This document shows positions 1 through 10,144 of a stretch of 58,397 nucleotides of DNA, piece by piece; positions within the stretch are counted from its first letter, which is position 1, and each line of letters begins with the position of its first letter. The stretch is from a virus. Its lineage: Duplodnaviria; Caudoviricetes. The position numbers and the translations under genes were made by a program. The DNA is taken from positions 1 to 58,397 of the IMG/VR virus record IMGVR_UViG_3300028569_002805; one strand, 5' to 3'. The notes beneath the pieces are model-generated. The model saw nothing but the letters and a program-made list of their open reading frames with translations, did no database searches and had not been told where the DNA came from.

Positions 1-1857
1 ATGGAAGAAAAGCAATACTTCAAAAGTATAAAAGAATCAGTCTGGCGTGGTAAGTTCAAAACATTAAGGGACTATTACCTTTCTGGGGGAATTATAGATC
101 CAGCCACAAAAAGGCTGCAATATGACCCTCAATATTATGAATTTGACAAATACGAATTACAGATAGATCCTGATGAACCACTTGAAAATATGGAAAAATA
201 TGACCCCATCAGAAGAAAAAAAGAACTGATTAAATGTGCTGAAAGTTTTGATTACTTTTGTCACAAATATGTCAAGATTCTTCACCCGATGAGAGGTCTT
301 ATACCATTTGTTCTTTTCAAGTATCAGCGCAAAACAATTCGTGATTATGAAAATTATCGTTTCAATATTATTTCTAAGTTTCGTCAGGGCGGTCTTACGA
401 CTGTAACGCTTCTTTGGGGCTTGTGGCGATGTATGTTTCAACTTGATCAGCAGATCATGTTGTTGTCGAAAACTGACCGTGAAGCTACAGATATTGGCAT
501 GATAATTGACAGAAGCTGTGAAAACATGCCTGAATGGCTTAAGCCAAGAAAAGACGCCAAATGGAATGACCACTTGAAGATGTTTACTGATACTGGATCG
601 GCCTTGAAATTTTATTCTCCAGAAGCTGCTCGTGGTAAATCAGTTACATTTTTGATTGTAGACGAATGTGCGTTCATTGATGACATGGAAAAGCATTGGA
701 AGGCTATGTGGCCTATCCTTTCAACAGGTGGTTCATGTACACTTGTTTCTACTGTCAATGGTCTTGGAAACTGGTATGAACAAACTTATAATGAAGCAAA
801 AGAAGGCCTCAATAAATTCCACGTCATTGATTTGGATTATTGGGAGCATCCTGATTACAATGATAAAAAGTGGGTTGCTGAACAGAAAGCACAGTTGGGC
901 GAAAAGGGATTTCGTCAGGAAGTTTTGCGTGAATTCCAAGGATCAGGTGAAACTTATTTTAGTGCAAAAATCATTACAGGCATGACAGAACAAACAAGAA
1001 ATAATTTCCCAAGTCGCAAGTTATTCCCAAAATGGGCAAACCAAATTGGTAGAATTGCACAGTTAGAGACTGATGATAATAGAGGAGCGATGTGGATTTG
1101 GAAAGATCCAGTAGAAGGTCATGAATATATTCTCACCGCAGACTGTGCTGAAGGTCAGGGAGAAAACAATGATAGTAGTGTTTTTCATATAATTGACACA
1201 GCAACTTTAGAACAAGTAGCTGAATTTTATTCAAATATTATTATACCACATGAATTTGCACAGGTAATCAATGAGGTAGCGACATTTTACAATAATGCAT
1301 TAGTTATAGTTGAAAATATGGGTCCGGGAGGAGCAGTTCTAAGCTCTTTACAGCACACTTTATATTATGATAACTTGTATTACGAGAATACAAAGGGTGC
1401 TAATGCAAAGCCGGGAGTGAAGGTAGGTCAGACCAATAGACCTTTGTATCTTGAAGCATTACAAAACAGGCTTACGAACATGACTGTTAGAATTAACAGT
1501 ATAAGATTTGTTACTGAATTACAGACATTTGAATATAATAGAGTAAGTAGAAAAGCACAGGCTCAAAAAGGAAAGCATGATGATGCCATCATGGCCATGT
1601 GTATTGGACTTTATATTCGTGATACTTTACTGCGTGATTTACCGATGGGATCTGAAAAGCCCAAAGAGTCTATGCAGATAGTTAAAAACCAAGTTTATGA
1701 AGACATAAAGAGACAATTGATGGAAGGATCGCCAGAAGAATTGCTTGCAGGAGATGATATTGATTTATTAGCACCAGAGAGAGATAACTATGTTGGTGGA
1801 TTTACATATATCCCTGAAAGAAAATTCGATAGACTTTTGAGAGAATTCGGTTTTTGA
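1..1857 (+). CDS. terL: Terminase large subunit (T4 gp17-like)
   Basis: Adenine-binding LFKYQ, Walker A variant KFRQGGLTT, RGKS, Walker B LIVDECAF, coupling motif VSTVNG, nuclease motifs TADCAEG and HDDAIMA. Confidence 0.93.
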   Translation: MEEKQYFKSIKESVWRGKFKTLRDYYLSGGIIDPATKRLQYDPQYYEFDKYELQIDPDEPLENMEKYDPIRRKKELIKCAESFDYFCHKYVKILHPMRGLIPFVLFKYQRKTIRDYENYRFNIISKFRQGGLTTVTLLWGLWRCMFQLDQQIMLLSKTDREATDIGMIIDRSCENMPEWLKPRKDAKWNDHLKMFTDTGSALKFYSPEAARGKSVTFLIVDECAFIDDMEKHWKAMWPILSTGGSCTLVSTVNGLGNWYEQTYNEAKEGLNKFHVIDLDYWEHPDYNDKKWVAEQKAQLGEKGFRQEVLREFQGSGETYFSAKIITGMTEQTRNNFPSRKLFPKWANQIGRIAQLETDDNRGAMWIWKDPVEGHEYILTADCAEGQGENNDSSVFHIIDTATLEQVAEFYSNIIIPHEFAQVINEVATFYNNALVIVENMGPGGAVLSSLQHTLYYDNLYYENTKGANAKPGVKVGQTNRPLYLEALQNRLTNMTVRINSIRFVTELQTFEYNRVSRKAQAQKGKHDDAIMAMCIGLYIRDTLLRDLPMGSEKPKESMQIVKNQVYEDIKRQLMEGSPEELLAGDDIDLLAPERDNYVGGFTYIPERKFDRLLREFGF

Positions 1858-1879
1858 AAAACCATATAAGGTAAATATT

Positions 1880-2857
1880 ATGTTTAGAAGTTATAAAGAA
1901 TTTTTTTCTCAAAAAAATGCCTCTAAGCCTGAAATAATTATTTCATTAGATCAATACCGTGAGCATGTCTATGTAAATTTAAGCGGCATGGTTCTAAAGC
2001 ATGATCCAATAGGTCGTGACGCTCTCAAGAAAACATTTGATGTAAATCAAATAAGAAGAAGGATGGAAGAAATAAGTTATCCTCACACAGAGGCTTTTGT
2101 TATTTCTATTCAAAATGGCGATCCTCTAAAAATAACAAAACAAATTGAAAATGTTGATTTGTGGGTTTATAGAAATTCAATACAAACTGATGTTGTTCAA
2201 TTTCTTGAAGATATTTTCCTTGCATATCAATCCAATGTCATCAAAAAGACCATTCATCCAAATGATGTTGACAAGGCTGTTCTTTCATTTGTTGAAAAGT
2301 CTAGAATTGTTCTGGGCGAAATGACATCAAAAATTGAATCAATCATAGATAAGATTTCTTGGAACAATCATCCTATTTACATAGAAGCTTTAATTCCAGA
2401 GAATGATTGGATTGCCGATACAGCTAGAGTTTATATTGGCGAATTTTATAAGTCAAGTTTTGAAATAAAAAAAACAAATAAAGGCTTAAAAATAGAAAAT
2501 ATTATTTTCAACGAAATGCCTCAAAAGATGACAGACCAAATAAAAAATTTAATATCAAGGTTGAAAGAAAGTCCAAATATCAAAAAGATATTATCTCTTT
2601 ATATGTCTCAACCTTCAAAAAATAGAACTTTATTTGAAAGAAAGAAAAGAGATATATCTTTGGGAATCAAGGCTTTTCTTCCTCAAGGAACAATGTTAAC
2701 AAATTTGCCTTATTCTGAAAGCGATGATGTTTGGAAAGTAAAAATCGACGATGAGGGACTCATGAATAATTTGCAAGAAGGCAATATTGTCGGTTATCAT
2801 TTAATCGAAGATGCAAACATAAGGTGGATTGATTTAGTGAGGACTGGAAAATCATGA
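1880..2857 (+). CDS. Hypothetical protein
   Basis: 325-aa ORF directly after terL; N-terminus MFRSYKEFF. Confidence 0.75.
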   Translation: MFRSYKEFFSQKNASKPEIIISLDQYREHVYVNLSGMVLKHDPIGRDALKKTFDVNQIRRRMEEISYPHTEAFVISIQNGDPLKITKQIENVDLWVYRNSIQTDVVQFLEDIFLAYQSNVIKKTIHPNDVDKAVLSFVEKSRIVLGEMTSKIESIIDKISWNNHPIYIEALIPENDWIADTARVYIGEFYKSSFEIKKTNKGLKIENIIFNEMPQKMTDQIKNLISRLKESPNIKKILSLYMSQPSKNRTLFERKKRDISLGIKAFLPQGTMLTNLPYSESDDVWKVKIDDEGLMNNLQEGNIVGYHLIEDANIRWIDLVRTGKS

Positions 2858-3198
2858 AAAACAATACTGAAGATTTGAAAAATCATTTGATGAAAGCATT
2901 GGCTCATTCTCCAAATGATTTTAACCTACAAGAAGTTAAAAGGTTGATTGTTAAAGCAATCGATCTAGTTGAGGATGTAGAGAAGAAAAGAAATATCAGG
3001 GAAGTTAATCATGAGAAAAAGAAAAATACATTTGTTGTCAAAAAATCAGATTATTTTGGCGCTTTGAATGCTATTGATAAAGAACTCAACGCAGAAAAAA
3101 CAAAGCTTGAGCAAATTAAAAATAGACGAAATTTGCCAAAACCAACTATTGATGACGATGACAATTATGACAATGAGTTGCAAAATGTATTTGGATAA
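2854..3198 (+). CDS. Hypothetical coiled-coil protein
   Basis: 114-aa ORF with ATGA overlap to the upstream gene. Confidence 0.7.
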   Translation: MKNNTEDLKNHLMKALAHSPNDFNLQEVKRLIVKAIDLVEDVEKKRNIREVNHEKKKNTFVVKKSDYFGALNAIDKELNAEKTKLEQIKNRRNLPKPTIDDDDNYDNELQNVFG

Positions 3199-3697
3199 AA
3201 CTTATATTTTGGCTGAATTGCCTGAAGATCTTGCCGATGATGTTATATCATGGGGATATGATTATGTAGATGATGATTTTCTTTATAAAGAAAATGATGA
3301 TTATGGAAGAACACATAATACACATGTTACTGTTCTTAGTGACTTAAAACAACAAAACATAAAAAATATAAAAGAAACAATTGAAACAGAAATTCCATTT
3401 AATTGCATTTTTGGTAATATAAAAAAATTTACAACAAATAGTAAGTTTGATGTTCTTTACATTGAGATATTGAACGAAGAAATTAAAAAAGTACATAATT
3501 ACTTAAGTAATTCTATAGCGCATGATTCATTTTATTCAAATTACATACCACATGTAACGATATGCTACTTGAATAAAGGTTGTGGAGAAAAGTTTTTAGA
3601 CAATAAATACTTTTACGGCAGAACATTTAGAATTGATGAACTTTTATTTTCATCACCTGAATCGAAAATTAAATTAATTTTAGGAAAGAAAAAATGA
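3185..3697 (+). CDS. 2H phosphoesterase (LigT / T4 gp57B-Acb1-like)
   Basis: Two HxT motifs (THVTVL, PHVTICY); start moved to the in-frame ATG at 3185 (MYLDK), giving 170 aa. Confidence 0.8.
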   Translation: MYLDKTYILAELPEDLADDVISWGYDYVDDDFLYKENDDYGRTHNTHVTVLSDLKQQNIKNIKETIETEIPFNCIFGNIKKFTTNSKFDVLYIEILNEEIKKVHNYLSNSIAHDSFYSNYIPHVTICYLNKGCGEKFLDNKYFYGRTFRIDELLFSSPESKIKLILGKKK

Positions 3698-4203
3698 AAA
3701 CAGCATGGCGTGGGATTCTCAAGATCGACCAAATTGAGCATATCAGAGAAGGAGAAGTTATTTGGAGTGATGAGAATATTCACAATGTCCTTCATCAAGA
3801 AGGCGAATCTTTTCTTCTTTCTGTCTGTTTTGCAAATGATGGCTCGATATTGCCAAGCAATTATTATTTTGGTCTTGATGCAAGAAGCACAATTGCGATA
3901 ACAGATACCATTTCGTCTTTGTTTGATGAACCAATAAGTGGTGGTTATTCAAGAATTCCAATCAGTTCTTCATCTCAATTTACAATAGAATCGGTTAACG
4001 GCATCTACCGTGCAACAAGTCCATTTATCATCTTTACAGCATCAGGAGCAGGATTTGGACCTGTAAGCAATCTTTTCATGGTAACCAGTTCAGATAGTTC
4101 TGGTGTTTTAATTTCTTCTGCTTCTTTAAGTTCTGCAATAACATTAGCTTCTGGTGATACAGTAAATCTTAAAATGTCTTTGCAGTTACACGATTCTGCT
4201 TAA
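3694..4203 (+). CDS. Putative virion (tail/baseplate-associated) beta-rich protein
   Basis: N..L...G, YYFGL, EP..GGYSR, FTA and LASGDTV pattern resembles small phage tail-associated proteins; ATGA overlap. Confidence 0.55.
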   Translation: MKTAWRGILKIDQIEHIREGEVIWSDENIHNVLHQEGESFLLSVCFANDGSILPSNYYFGLDARSTIAITDTISSLFDEPISGGYSRIPISSSSQFTIESVNGIYRATSPFIIFTASGAGFGPVSNLFMVTSSDSSGVLISSASLSSAITLASGDTVNLKMSLQLHDSA

Positions 4204-4643
4204 TTAATTGTTTTAGTCAAAACTTCAATTGGTCTTATATCAATGTAATGAATTAGATGATGAAGTTCATCATTAACTTGAATCTTTTGATAGAGTCTGA
4301 ATTCACAAAATTCTTTGCCTCCATCGGCAAGATCAAGTAACGATTCACTTGTTCCTATTTTGTTCTGTGCTGTTTTCATTAATTCTTCGTTTACGCTATC
4401 ATCTGCTTCTAAATTTGGCATGATGATTGTAAATCCATCATCGGTTTGTTTTATATTAACGCCTTGTCTTGGATTTTGAATTTTATATTTACAAAAAATC
4501 TCTTGTGCTGGTTCACTAGTATTTCCTTTACTAAACCATACTGGTACGCATATGCCAACAACATCTATGTCTTTGCCTTCATTTAGGCTGTAGCGTTGCT
4601 CTTTGGTCAAATACAAATAGTGCGAGACAGTGAGTGTTGCCAT
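4200..4643 (-). CDS. Hypothetical protein
   Basis: 147-aa ORF with AAGGA RBS. Confidence 0.7.
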   Translation of the reverse strand: MATLTVSHYLYLTKEQRYSLNEGKDIDVVGICVPVWFSKGNTSEPAQEIFCKYKIQNPRQGVNIKQTDDGFTIIMPNLEADDSVNEELMKTAQNKIGTSESLLDLADGGKEFCEFRLYQKIQVNDELHHLIHYIDIRPIEVLTKTIN

Positions 4644-4694
4644 GATTAAATCCTTAAAGACTATATATTTTAGGCTGACAATACCGGAGTTGCA

Positions 4695-5591
4695 ATGCTT
4701 AAAAAAATAACTTTTTTCTTTATAATTTTTCTTACCATAGTTTTTCCTGTTAATTCATATCAAGATGCACAAAGATTTTACGACATTGATTCTTTCGACA
4801 ACATGCCCATTCTCGAAAGAGATAATTTTGGGAATGACAATTCACCACCAGTTCCAAAACGTGGGCCAGAATTTAGAAGATATTTAGCTCCTTCTGTAAA
4901 AATTGCCGTCAATGGGTCATCAGGCTCTGGAACAATTATACATTATGATAAAGTTAAAAATATTGCTTACGTTGCAACATGTGGTCACTTATGGAATCAA
5001 GGAATCATGAATGCTGATGAAGGTAAAAAGCGCAATATTAAGTGTAAAGTTATAACATGGTATCACAATGATCTTAAGTTGGATTCACCAAAATCATATG
5101 AATCAACAGTTATTTTTTATAGTTACATTAATGGTCAAGATACTGGGCTTATTACTTTTAATCCTGATTGGGAACCAAATTATTTTCGTTTAGGATCAAA
5201 AAATTATAATTACATTGCTGGTCAATATGCTCACTCTGTTGGATGTGATGCAGGCACTGAAGTGGCTCATTATGAAATTAAAATGCTCGGAATAGAGGGT
5301 GCAGATCTTGTTTCTGAGCAGAACTCACCTCGTCCCGGCAGAAGTGGTGGTGGGTTAATGGATGATAATGGTTATTATATTGGAACATGTTGGGGAACCC
5401 AATATCGTGACGGTACTGGCAAAGGTTATTTTACGCCTTTATCTGTAATTCATAAATTTTGGTCGAAACAAGCTGGATATAATTTTCTTTTGGAACAAAA
5501 GCAAATTATTGGAAACGCCAAACAGATAAAAATTAATGACAGAAGCGGAAGCAAAGAAGAATTTAGACCAGAATATATATTATTGCCTTAA
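4695..5591 (+). CDS. Trypsin-like serine protease with signal peptide or membrane anchor
   Basis: GSGTII, ATCGH (His), QDTGL (Asp), PGRSGGGL (Ser); N-terminus MLKK followed by a hydrophobic stretch. Confidence 0.85.
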   Translation: MLKKITFFFIIFLTIVFPVNSYQDAQRFYDIDSFDNMPILERDNFGNDNSPPVPKRGPEFRRYLAPSVKIAVNGSSGSGTIIHYDKVKNIAYVATCGHLWNQGIMNADEGKKRNIKCKVITWYHNDLKLDSPKSYESTVIFYSYINGQDTGLITFNPDWEPNYFRLGSKNYNYIAGQYAHSVGCDAGTEVAHYEIKMLGIEGADLVSEQNSPRPGRSGGGLMDDNGYYIGTCWGTQYRDGTGKGYFTPLSVIHKFWSKQAGYNFLLEQKQIIGNAKQIKINDRSGSKEEFRPEYILLP

Positions 5592-6364
5592 GTAGTGCGA
5601 TAAGCAACACATATTTTGCGCCAATCACAACGACGACACTGATCGCCTACACGACCATAAGTGTCATCTGGATTTGTTGAAATAATATGTTTGTATGCTT
5701 CGTGAAGTTCTTGTTCTGCTGTCATAATTGACTCTTCATTGAATCTCGTAGAGACTAAGTCATTGCCATCTAGGTAGAGCAAGGCTGCTCTGATGTTTTC
5801 TGGTTTTGCGCCAAAATGTTTGTTGACTACTCTTGCGTAGCATCTAAGTTGTAAGTCTTTGCCAATATTGCCAGCATTTTTACGCCATTTGCCTTTTTTG
5901 GTTGTTTTATAATCAAGAATAAAATATTTATCATCACGAATGATAAGACGGTCAATGACTCCTGTAATCATGTGGTTGTCAGGAGGCTGCATGTCATACT
6001 TGAACAACCATTCAAGTTCACCGTCATAGCCAATTTGATCATTAATTTTTTTAATGTTTCTTAAATGTTCAGGTAATTTCTTCTTATAGTCAGGGTCGAT
6101 TATTGGAGCAGGCTTTCCTTCTTCGACTGGAATTTTTCCTGAAAGAACTTCCGCAGCAATTGTTTCAATCGCTTTTTTGCCTTGCTCTTGAACATAAACT
6201 TCTGCTATCTTATGGACAACTTTTCCATAGGTGAAGTATGACTGAACAGGTTGGTCTGAAACCATTTTTAGGTGGTATCGGTATTTGTAGGCAAGTTGAC
6301 AAGAGTCCCAAGTTTGTTTTCTTGAAACGGATATGTGTTCGCAGATGAGTTTGTTGTTTTCCAT
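5588..6364 (-). CDS. PD-(D/E)xK exonuclease (RecB/AddB/Cas4-like)
   Basis: SVS...C, G..VH, GVIDRL, LDYKT, QLRCY and C-terminal CxxC...C. Confidence 0.88.
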   Translation of the reverse strand: MENNKLICEHISVSRKQTWDSCQLAYKYRYHLKMVSDQPVQSYFTYGKVVHKIAEVYVQEQGKKAIETIAAEVLSGKIPVEEGKPAPIIDPDYKKKLPEHLRNIKKINDQIGYDGELEWLFKYDMQPPDNHMITGVIDRLIIRDDKYFILDYKTTKKGKWRKNAGNIGKDLQLRCYARVVNKHFGAKPENIRAALLYLDGNDLVSTRFNEESIMTAEQELHEAYKHIISTNPDDTYGRVGDQCRRCDWRKICVAYRTT

Positions 6365-6402
6365 ATAATCATTCTAATGGTCATGAAACAAAAGGTAAAG
6401 CC

Positions 6403-7470
6403 ATGGGAATACCATTCAAAAAATTTGAACAGTGGGCTATAGATCGATTTGGAGCAGAGAATGTAGTTGTAAGACCTCCTGAAATTAGAATAAATAGCAT
6501 TTTTGAAACAGATGACGATGATTTTCACTTGTGGTGTAATCCATCTGGAGGCAAGAAGAAACGCAAACACGGTTCTTTTCATTGCTTCAAAACAGAAAAA
6601 GTTGGGAGCTTAGTAAAGCTTGTGATGATTGTCGATTCCTGTGACAGGGATACGGCAATTGCTCGTTTGAATGGCGTCACCAGTATTCGAGAATTAGAAA
6701 AACAACTAGAAGCAATGTTTGCAGCAGAAGATGGACTTGTTGTAGAAGAAGTGCCTCAGAAAAAAGAAGGTTTGTCTTTGCCTCCTAATTGTCTTTTGAT
6801 TTCTGATTTAGGAACAAACAATTGGTGGCGACAAAAAGCTGAAACTTATTTGGAATCAAGAAAATTATCAATCAATGGTTTGTATATTTGCAATGATGGT
6901 CGATATAAAGGCAGAATTATAATTCCATATTATGATCGACAAGGAAAATTAATTTATTTCAATGGTCGTGCCTTGGGTAATTCAAAATGCAAATATTTAG
7001 GTCCACCAAAAGAAATTGGAGTAGGAAAAGAAGATGTAGTTTACATGGCTGGTCCATGGCCACCCGCAAACAGCCTTGTTTACATCTGTGAGGGCGAATT
7101 CAATGCAATTAGCCTTAGACAGGCTGAACTGAATGCTGCTGCCTGTGGTGGCAAAAACATGGGTGAAAAGCAAGCCTTACTTTTAAGTGATTACAGAGCA
7201 GTTCTTTGTTTGGATAGAGACAATGCTGGTAAGTCTGGAACATTGAAGATGAGTTCAATAATTACCACTTTGGAAACAGCGAAGAAAACAACTGAAAAAT
7301 TATTGTATGTCATTCCTCCCAAAGGATATAATGACTGGAATGAATTTTTAGTTAAAAATAGTCCTGCTTTATTGCATCATTACATTATAAAAAACCAAAG
7401 GCCCCTAGATTATTCGGGGCCTCGTGGAACAGTTGCAGATTATTTAGCTTTTAGTGATATATGGCAATGA
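6403..7470 (+). CDS. DNA primase-like TOPRIM protein
   Basis: YLESR, GRIIIPYY, YFNGR, KYL, CEGEFNA, CLDRDNAG and YNDWNE match the DnaG/gp61 layout. Confidence 0.85.
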   Translation: MGIPFKKFEQWAIDRFGAENVVVRPPEIRINSIFETDDDDFHLWCNPSGGKKKRKHGSFHCFKTEKVGSLVKLVMIVDSCDRDTAIARLNGVTSIRELEKQLEAMFAAEDGLVVEEVPQKKEGLSLPPNCLLISDLGTNNWWRQKAETYLESRKLSINGLYICNDGRYKGRIIIPYYDRQGKLIYFNGRALGNSKCKYLGPPKEIGVGKEDVVYMAGPWPPANSLVYICEGEFNAISLRQAELNAAACGGKNMGEKQALLLSDYRAVLCLDRDNAGKSGTLKMSSIITTLETAKKTTEKLLYVIPPKGYNDWNEFLVKNSPALLHHYIIKNQRPLDYSGPRGTVADYLAFSDIWQ

Positions 7471-7471
7471 G

Positions 7472-7963
7472 TTATTTTTTCATCCAGTTACCTTTTCTTT
7501 TTCTTAAGGCACTAGCAAGAGCCCCCGCACCAGCAGCAGCACCAAGAGCTCCACCCAATCCAACTCTTTTTTCTATTGGCATATCTGAAAATGCATCCAT
7601 GGCTGTGTGTTTTGCTCCAACCGCATGATGCAATGCATTTTTAGGATCAAAATTTTTCGTATGAGGCGCAGCCGCTCCTAAAAGCCCTCCAACACCAGCA
7701 CCTGCTAAACCAGCCAATAATATGCTTTTCGCATTTTCATCATACATTTCCCCATGATTTTCACTCAGCCATTCTGAAAATGTCGGTAATAAAAAAGATT
7801 GTTCGTTCTTCTTTTTCTTCTTTTCAGATTTATGTGATTTATATCCTTTTTTCTTCATGCTCGAAGCCAGCGCCCAAGGATTATCAATTTCTTTGTGTTT
7901 TTTCATAGCCTTGACAGTGCCTTCCCAACCGGAAGGAGCGACTTCATTAATTTTCTTTTTCAT
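7472..7963 (-). CDS. Hypothetical protein: basic N-terminal module plus glycine-zipper hydrophobic segments
   Basis: APSGWEGTVKAMKK...NPWAL module; two GxxxG-rich helices. Confidence 0.7.
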   Translation of the reverse strand: MKKKINEVAPSGWEGTVKAMKKHKEIDNPWALASSMKKKGYKSHKSEKKKKKNEQSFLLPTFSEWLSENHGEMYDENAKSILLAGLAGAGVGGLLGAAAPHTKNFDPKNALHHAVGAKHTAMDAFSDMPIEKRVGLGGALGAAAGAGALASALRKRKGNWMKK

Positions 7964-8020
7964 AACACTCCAATAATTGCAAGATGTTTTTATTTATCTA
8001 TAATGTATTGGGAGAATTCC

Positions 8021-8599
8021 ATGAGCGAAAAATTATACGAAGATCTTGATATAAAGGATGATCATTTTTTTGCAGGTCTTGACAAGATAATTAGCACAAT
8101 AAACTACGACACAAATAAAGTTGAGAAAAAACTTTACAGATCAGAAGTGACAAAAGATTATGCTCTGTCTAGGGTTTCAAAAGAATCTTTAGATGAAATA
8201 ATTAATGAAGATCGAAATGTAGCGACTCATGATTGCAATGTTTATAAATTCAATAACATTAGTTTTGATTTCTTGCACAAAAGACTTAGCCGACACTTAG
8301 TCGGCAGAAACATTAAATCGATGGGAATAAGTGGTCGGATATGGTATCCAGTTAATGGATATATGGGTTGGCATACAAATAGTAATAATAAAGGTTATAG
8401 GATTTACTGTACGTTTGCTAAAGAAAGCGAAAAATCATTCTTTCGTTTTCGTGATCCTGAAACAGAAGAGATCGTAACGTCTTGGGATAAACAGGGATGG
8501 AACTTTAGGATTTTTAAGATTGGTGAAAAGCCAATTTGGCATAGTGTTTTTTCTGAAACAGATAGAATTAGCATAGGATATAGTTTATACACATCATGA
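8021..8599 (+). CDS. Cupin / 2OG-Fe(II) oxygenase-like protein
   Basis: YMGWHTN...WHSV...RISIG; start moved to ATG 8021 after a GGAGA RBS. Confidence 0.6.
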   Translation: MSEKLYEDLDIKDDHFFAGLDKIISTINYDTNKVEKKLYRSEVTKDYALSRVSKESLDEIINEDRNVATHDCNVYKFNNISFDFLHKRLSRHLVGRNIKSMGISGRIWYPVNGYMGWHTNSNNKGYRIYCTFAKESEKSFFRFRDPETEEIVTSWDKQGWNFRIFKIGEKPIWHSVFSETDRISIGYSLYTS

Positions 8600-9015
8600 A
8601 AATTACATCTATAAAAAAATTACAAGAGCAATTTGTTGGAAAGGTATGCACTGTTTTAACAACTGGCATTGCCAAAAGTGATTTTGCAGACCATCAGTTC
8701 GCTGATTTTTTCACTGGAATAGTTGAAAGCATTGATGAAGATGGAGTTTTTACAAGACATCATGTAACTGGATGTAAAAATTTTTATACAATGCAATGCG
8801 TTGTTGGTATTGTTGAAGAACAAGTTATTGATGAAAACAATCCTGAATATCAGAATATTGTAGAAGAAATTAAGAAAAATCCACCAAAAAATCCTAATGG
8901 AATAATTGAAATTGATCCAAACAAATCACCATTCATTGATCCTGTAACACTAGCATCCTTGCAAAAACAAGCACATGATTTCAACAAAAAAATGATTGGA
9001 AAAAATCAACCTTGA
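8596..9015 (+). CDS. Hypothetical protein (possible Sm/SH3-like N-terminal domain)
   Basis: FVGKVCTV...FTGIVESIDEDGV; ATGA overlap. Confidence 0.65.
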   Translation: MKITSIKKLQEQFVGKVCTVLTTGIAKSDFADHQFADFFTGIVESIDEDGVFTRHHVTGCKNFYTMQCVVGIVEEQVIDENNPEYQNIVEEIKKNPPKNPNGIIEIDPNKSPFIDPVTLASLQKQAHDFNKKMIGKNQP

Positions 9016-10112
9016 CAAAGTTGACGGAATTTCAAAATTTTTCTTTTGGTTGAGCCAACAATGTTAAATGATTCATTCGTTGTTCCCTCTTCTGGATCAA
9101 TACCTGTTAAAATACTATTTAGTAAAATATGGACTTCTCTAAGAGTTTTTGCTTTTCTGAATTGGGCAGTGAAGTATTCTTTTGGTCCACCAGAAGGTAA
9201 ACTTTCAAGCTCTATCTCGATGACATTATTTAATTCTTCATAAAAAGATTCTTTAGATTCTGGTAATCTTCCGTATAGTTCTTTGAGTTTTTCTGTGTTT
9301 CTACCAAGACTATCTAATTCTGAGATAATTATTTCAATGCGTTTCATTTCTTTTGATTTTTCTTTTTCTTGGTTTAATGGTTTAGTACTAATTGTTGGTT
9401 TATCTGCATCATCAGGTTTTGGAGAATTAACGGGTTTTGGAGAATCTTCAGTAGAAGTTAACGTATAATTTATTTTTAGTTTTTTACCTGACAATGGCTT
9501 TGTTTTTCCTATCCTATTTTCAGGGGAAAGAGGCGCTGTCTGGTCTCCAGATTTTATTTTCGGCTTTTTTTGAGGAGAAATAATTTCTGTTGTTTTTTTA
9601 ACATCTTTTCTTCTTACAATTTCTTCTTCTTCTGGACTTAGTGTATAAGATAATTTACCTAATTTTTCATATGCATCGGTGGAGGCTGTCAAAATTGGGA
9701 CAAGAACTTCTTTCATTTTTGCTTTTAGCATATTTGCATGTTTATCAATTATTTGCATAATACGCAAATTTGATAAATCTTCTTCATTTATTTTACTTTC
9801 TAGACTTTGACATGTCTCACGAAGATCGTTATAACTTTTCATTGATTCATTTTTAGATTCAGATCCAAGTCCATATCCTAATTTGTTTATTGAATAATAA
9901 GGATTTTTTTTGTTATCGTAACCATGCCATACATTAGCAACAAAATTCTTAAATCTATCCCAAATTCCACGGTTCTGAATACTTGACCCTGTTATAATTT
10001 CATGCTTTAGATCTGAAATCCATTGATTAACTACATTATCAATTTCAGAGGAAATTCTCTTAATTTCCTCTGATTTTTTTGTATCTTCGTTAATTTTTCT
10101 AAATTTCAACAT
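9006..10112 (-). CDS. Hypothetical charged protein, possibly head-internal
   Basis: 368 aa, AAGGAG RBS, several xNE(S) sites, Pro/Lys-rich linker. Confidence 0.7.
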   Translation of the reverse strand: MLKFRKINEDTKKSEEIKRISSEIDNVVNQWISDLKHEIITGSSIQNRGIWDRFKNFVANVWHGYDNKKNPYYSINKLGYGLGSESKNESMKSYNDLRETCQSLESKINEEDLSNLRIMQIIDKHANMLKAKMKEVLVPILTASTDAYEKLGKLSYTLSPEEEEIVRRKDVKKTTEIISPQKKPKIKSGDQTAPLSPENRIGKTKPLSGKKLKINYTLTSTEDSPKPVNSPKPDDADKPTISTKPLNQEKEKSKEMKRIEIIISELDSLGRNTEKLKELYGRLPESKESFYEELNNVIEIELESLPSGGPKEYFTAQFRKAKTLREVHILLNSILTGIDPEEGTTNESFNIVGSTKRKILKFRQLCQG

Positions 10113-10144
10113 ACAATCTCCTTAAGACTATATATTGTTTTTTT

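Noticed and set aside
370-405. Terminase Walker A lacking the usual GKT as a sign of inactivity
   Set aside because: KxRQxGx(S/T) is a recognised variant in large terminases and all other motifs are intact.
3068-3184. N-terminal extensions in the ORF track (also 7895, 15935 and 50155)
   Set aside because: They overlap neighbouring genes; downstream ATGs with an RBS or translational coupling are more plausible.
5588-6364. Cas4 as part of a CRISPR-Cas system
   Set aside because: No other cas genes or array are present; stand-alone PD-(D/E)xK nucleases are common in phages.
7399-7422. AGGCCCC...GGGGCCT hairpin
   Set aside because: It lies inside the primase coding end with a 7-bp stem and a large loop; it may terminate the convergent gene but support is too weak.
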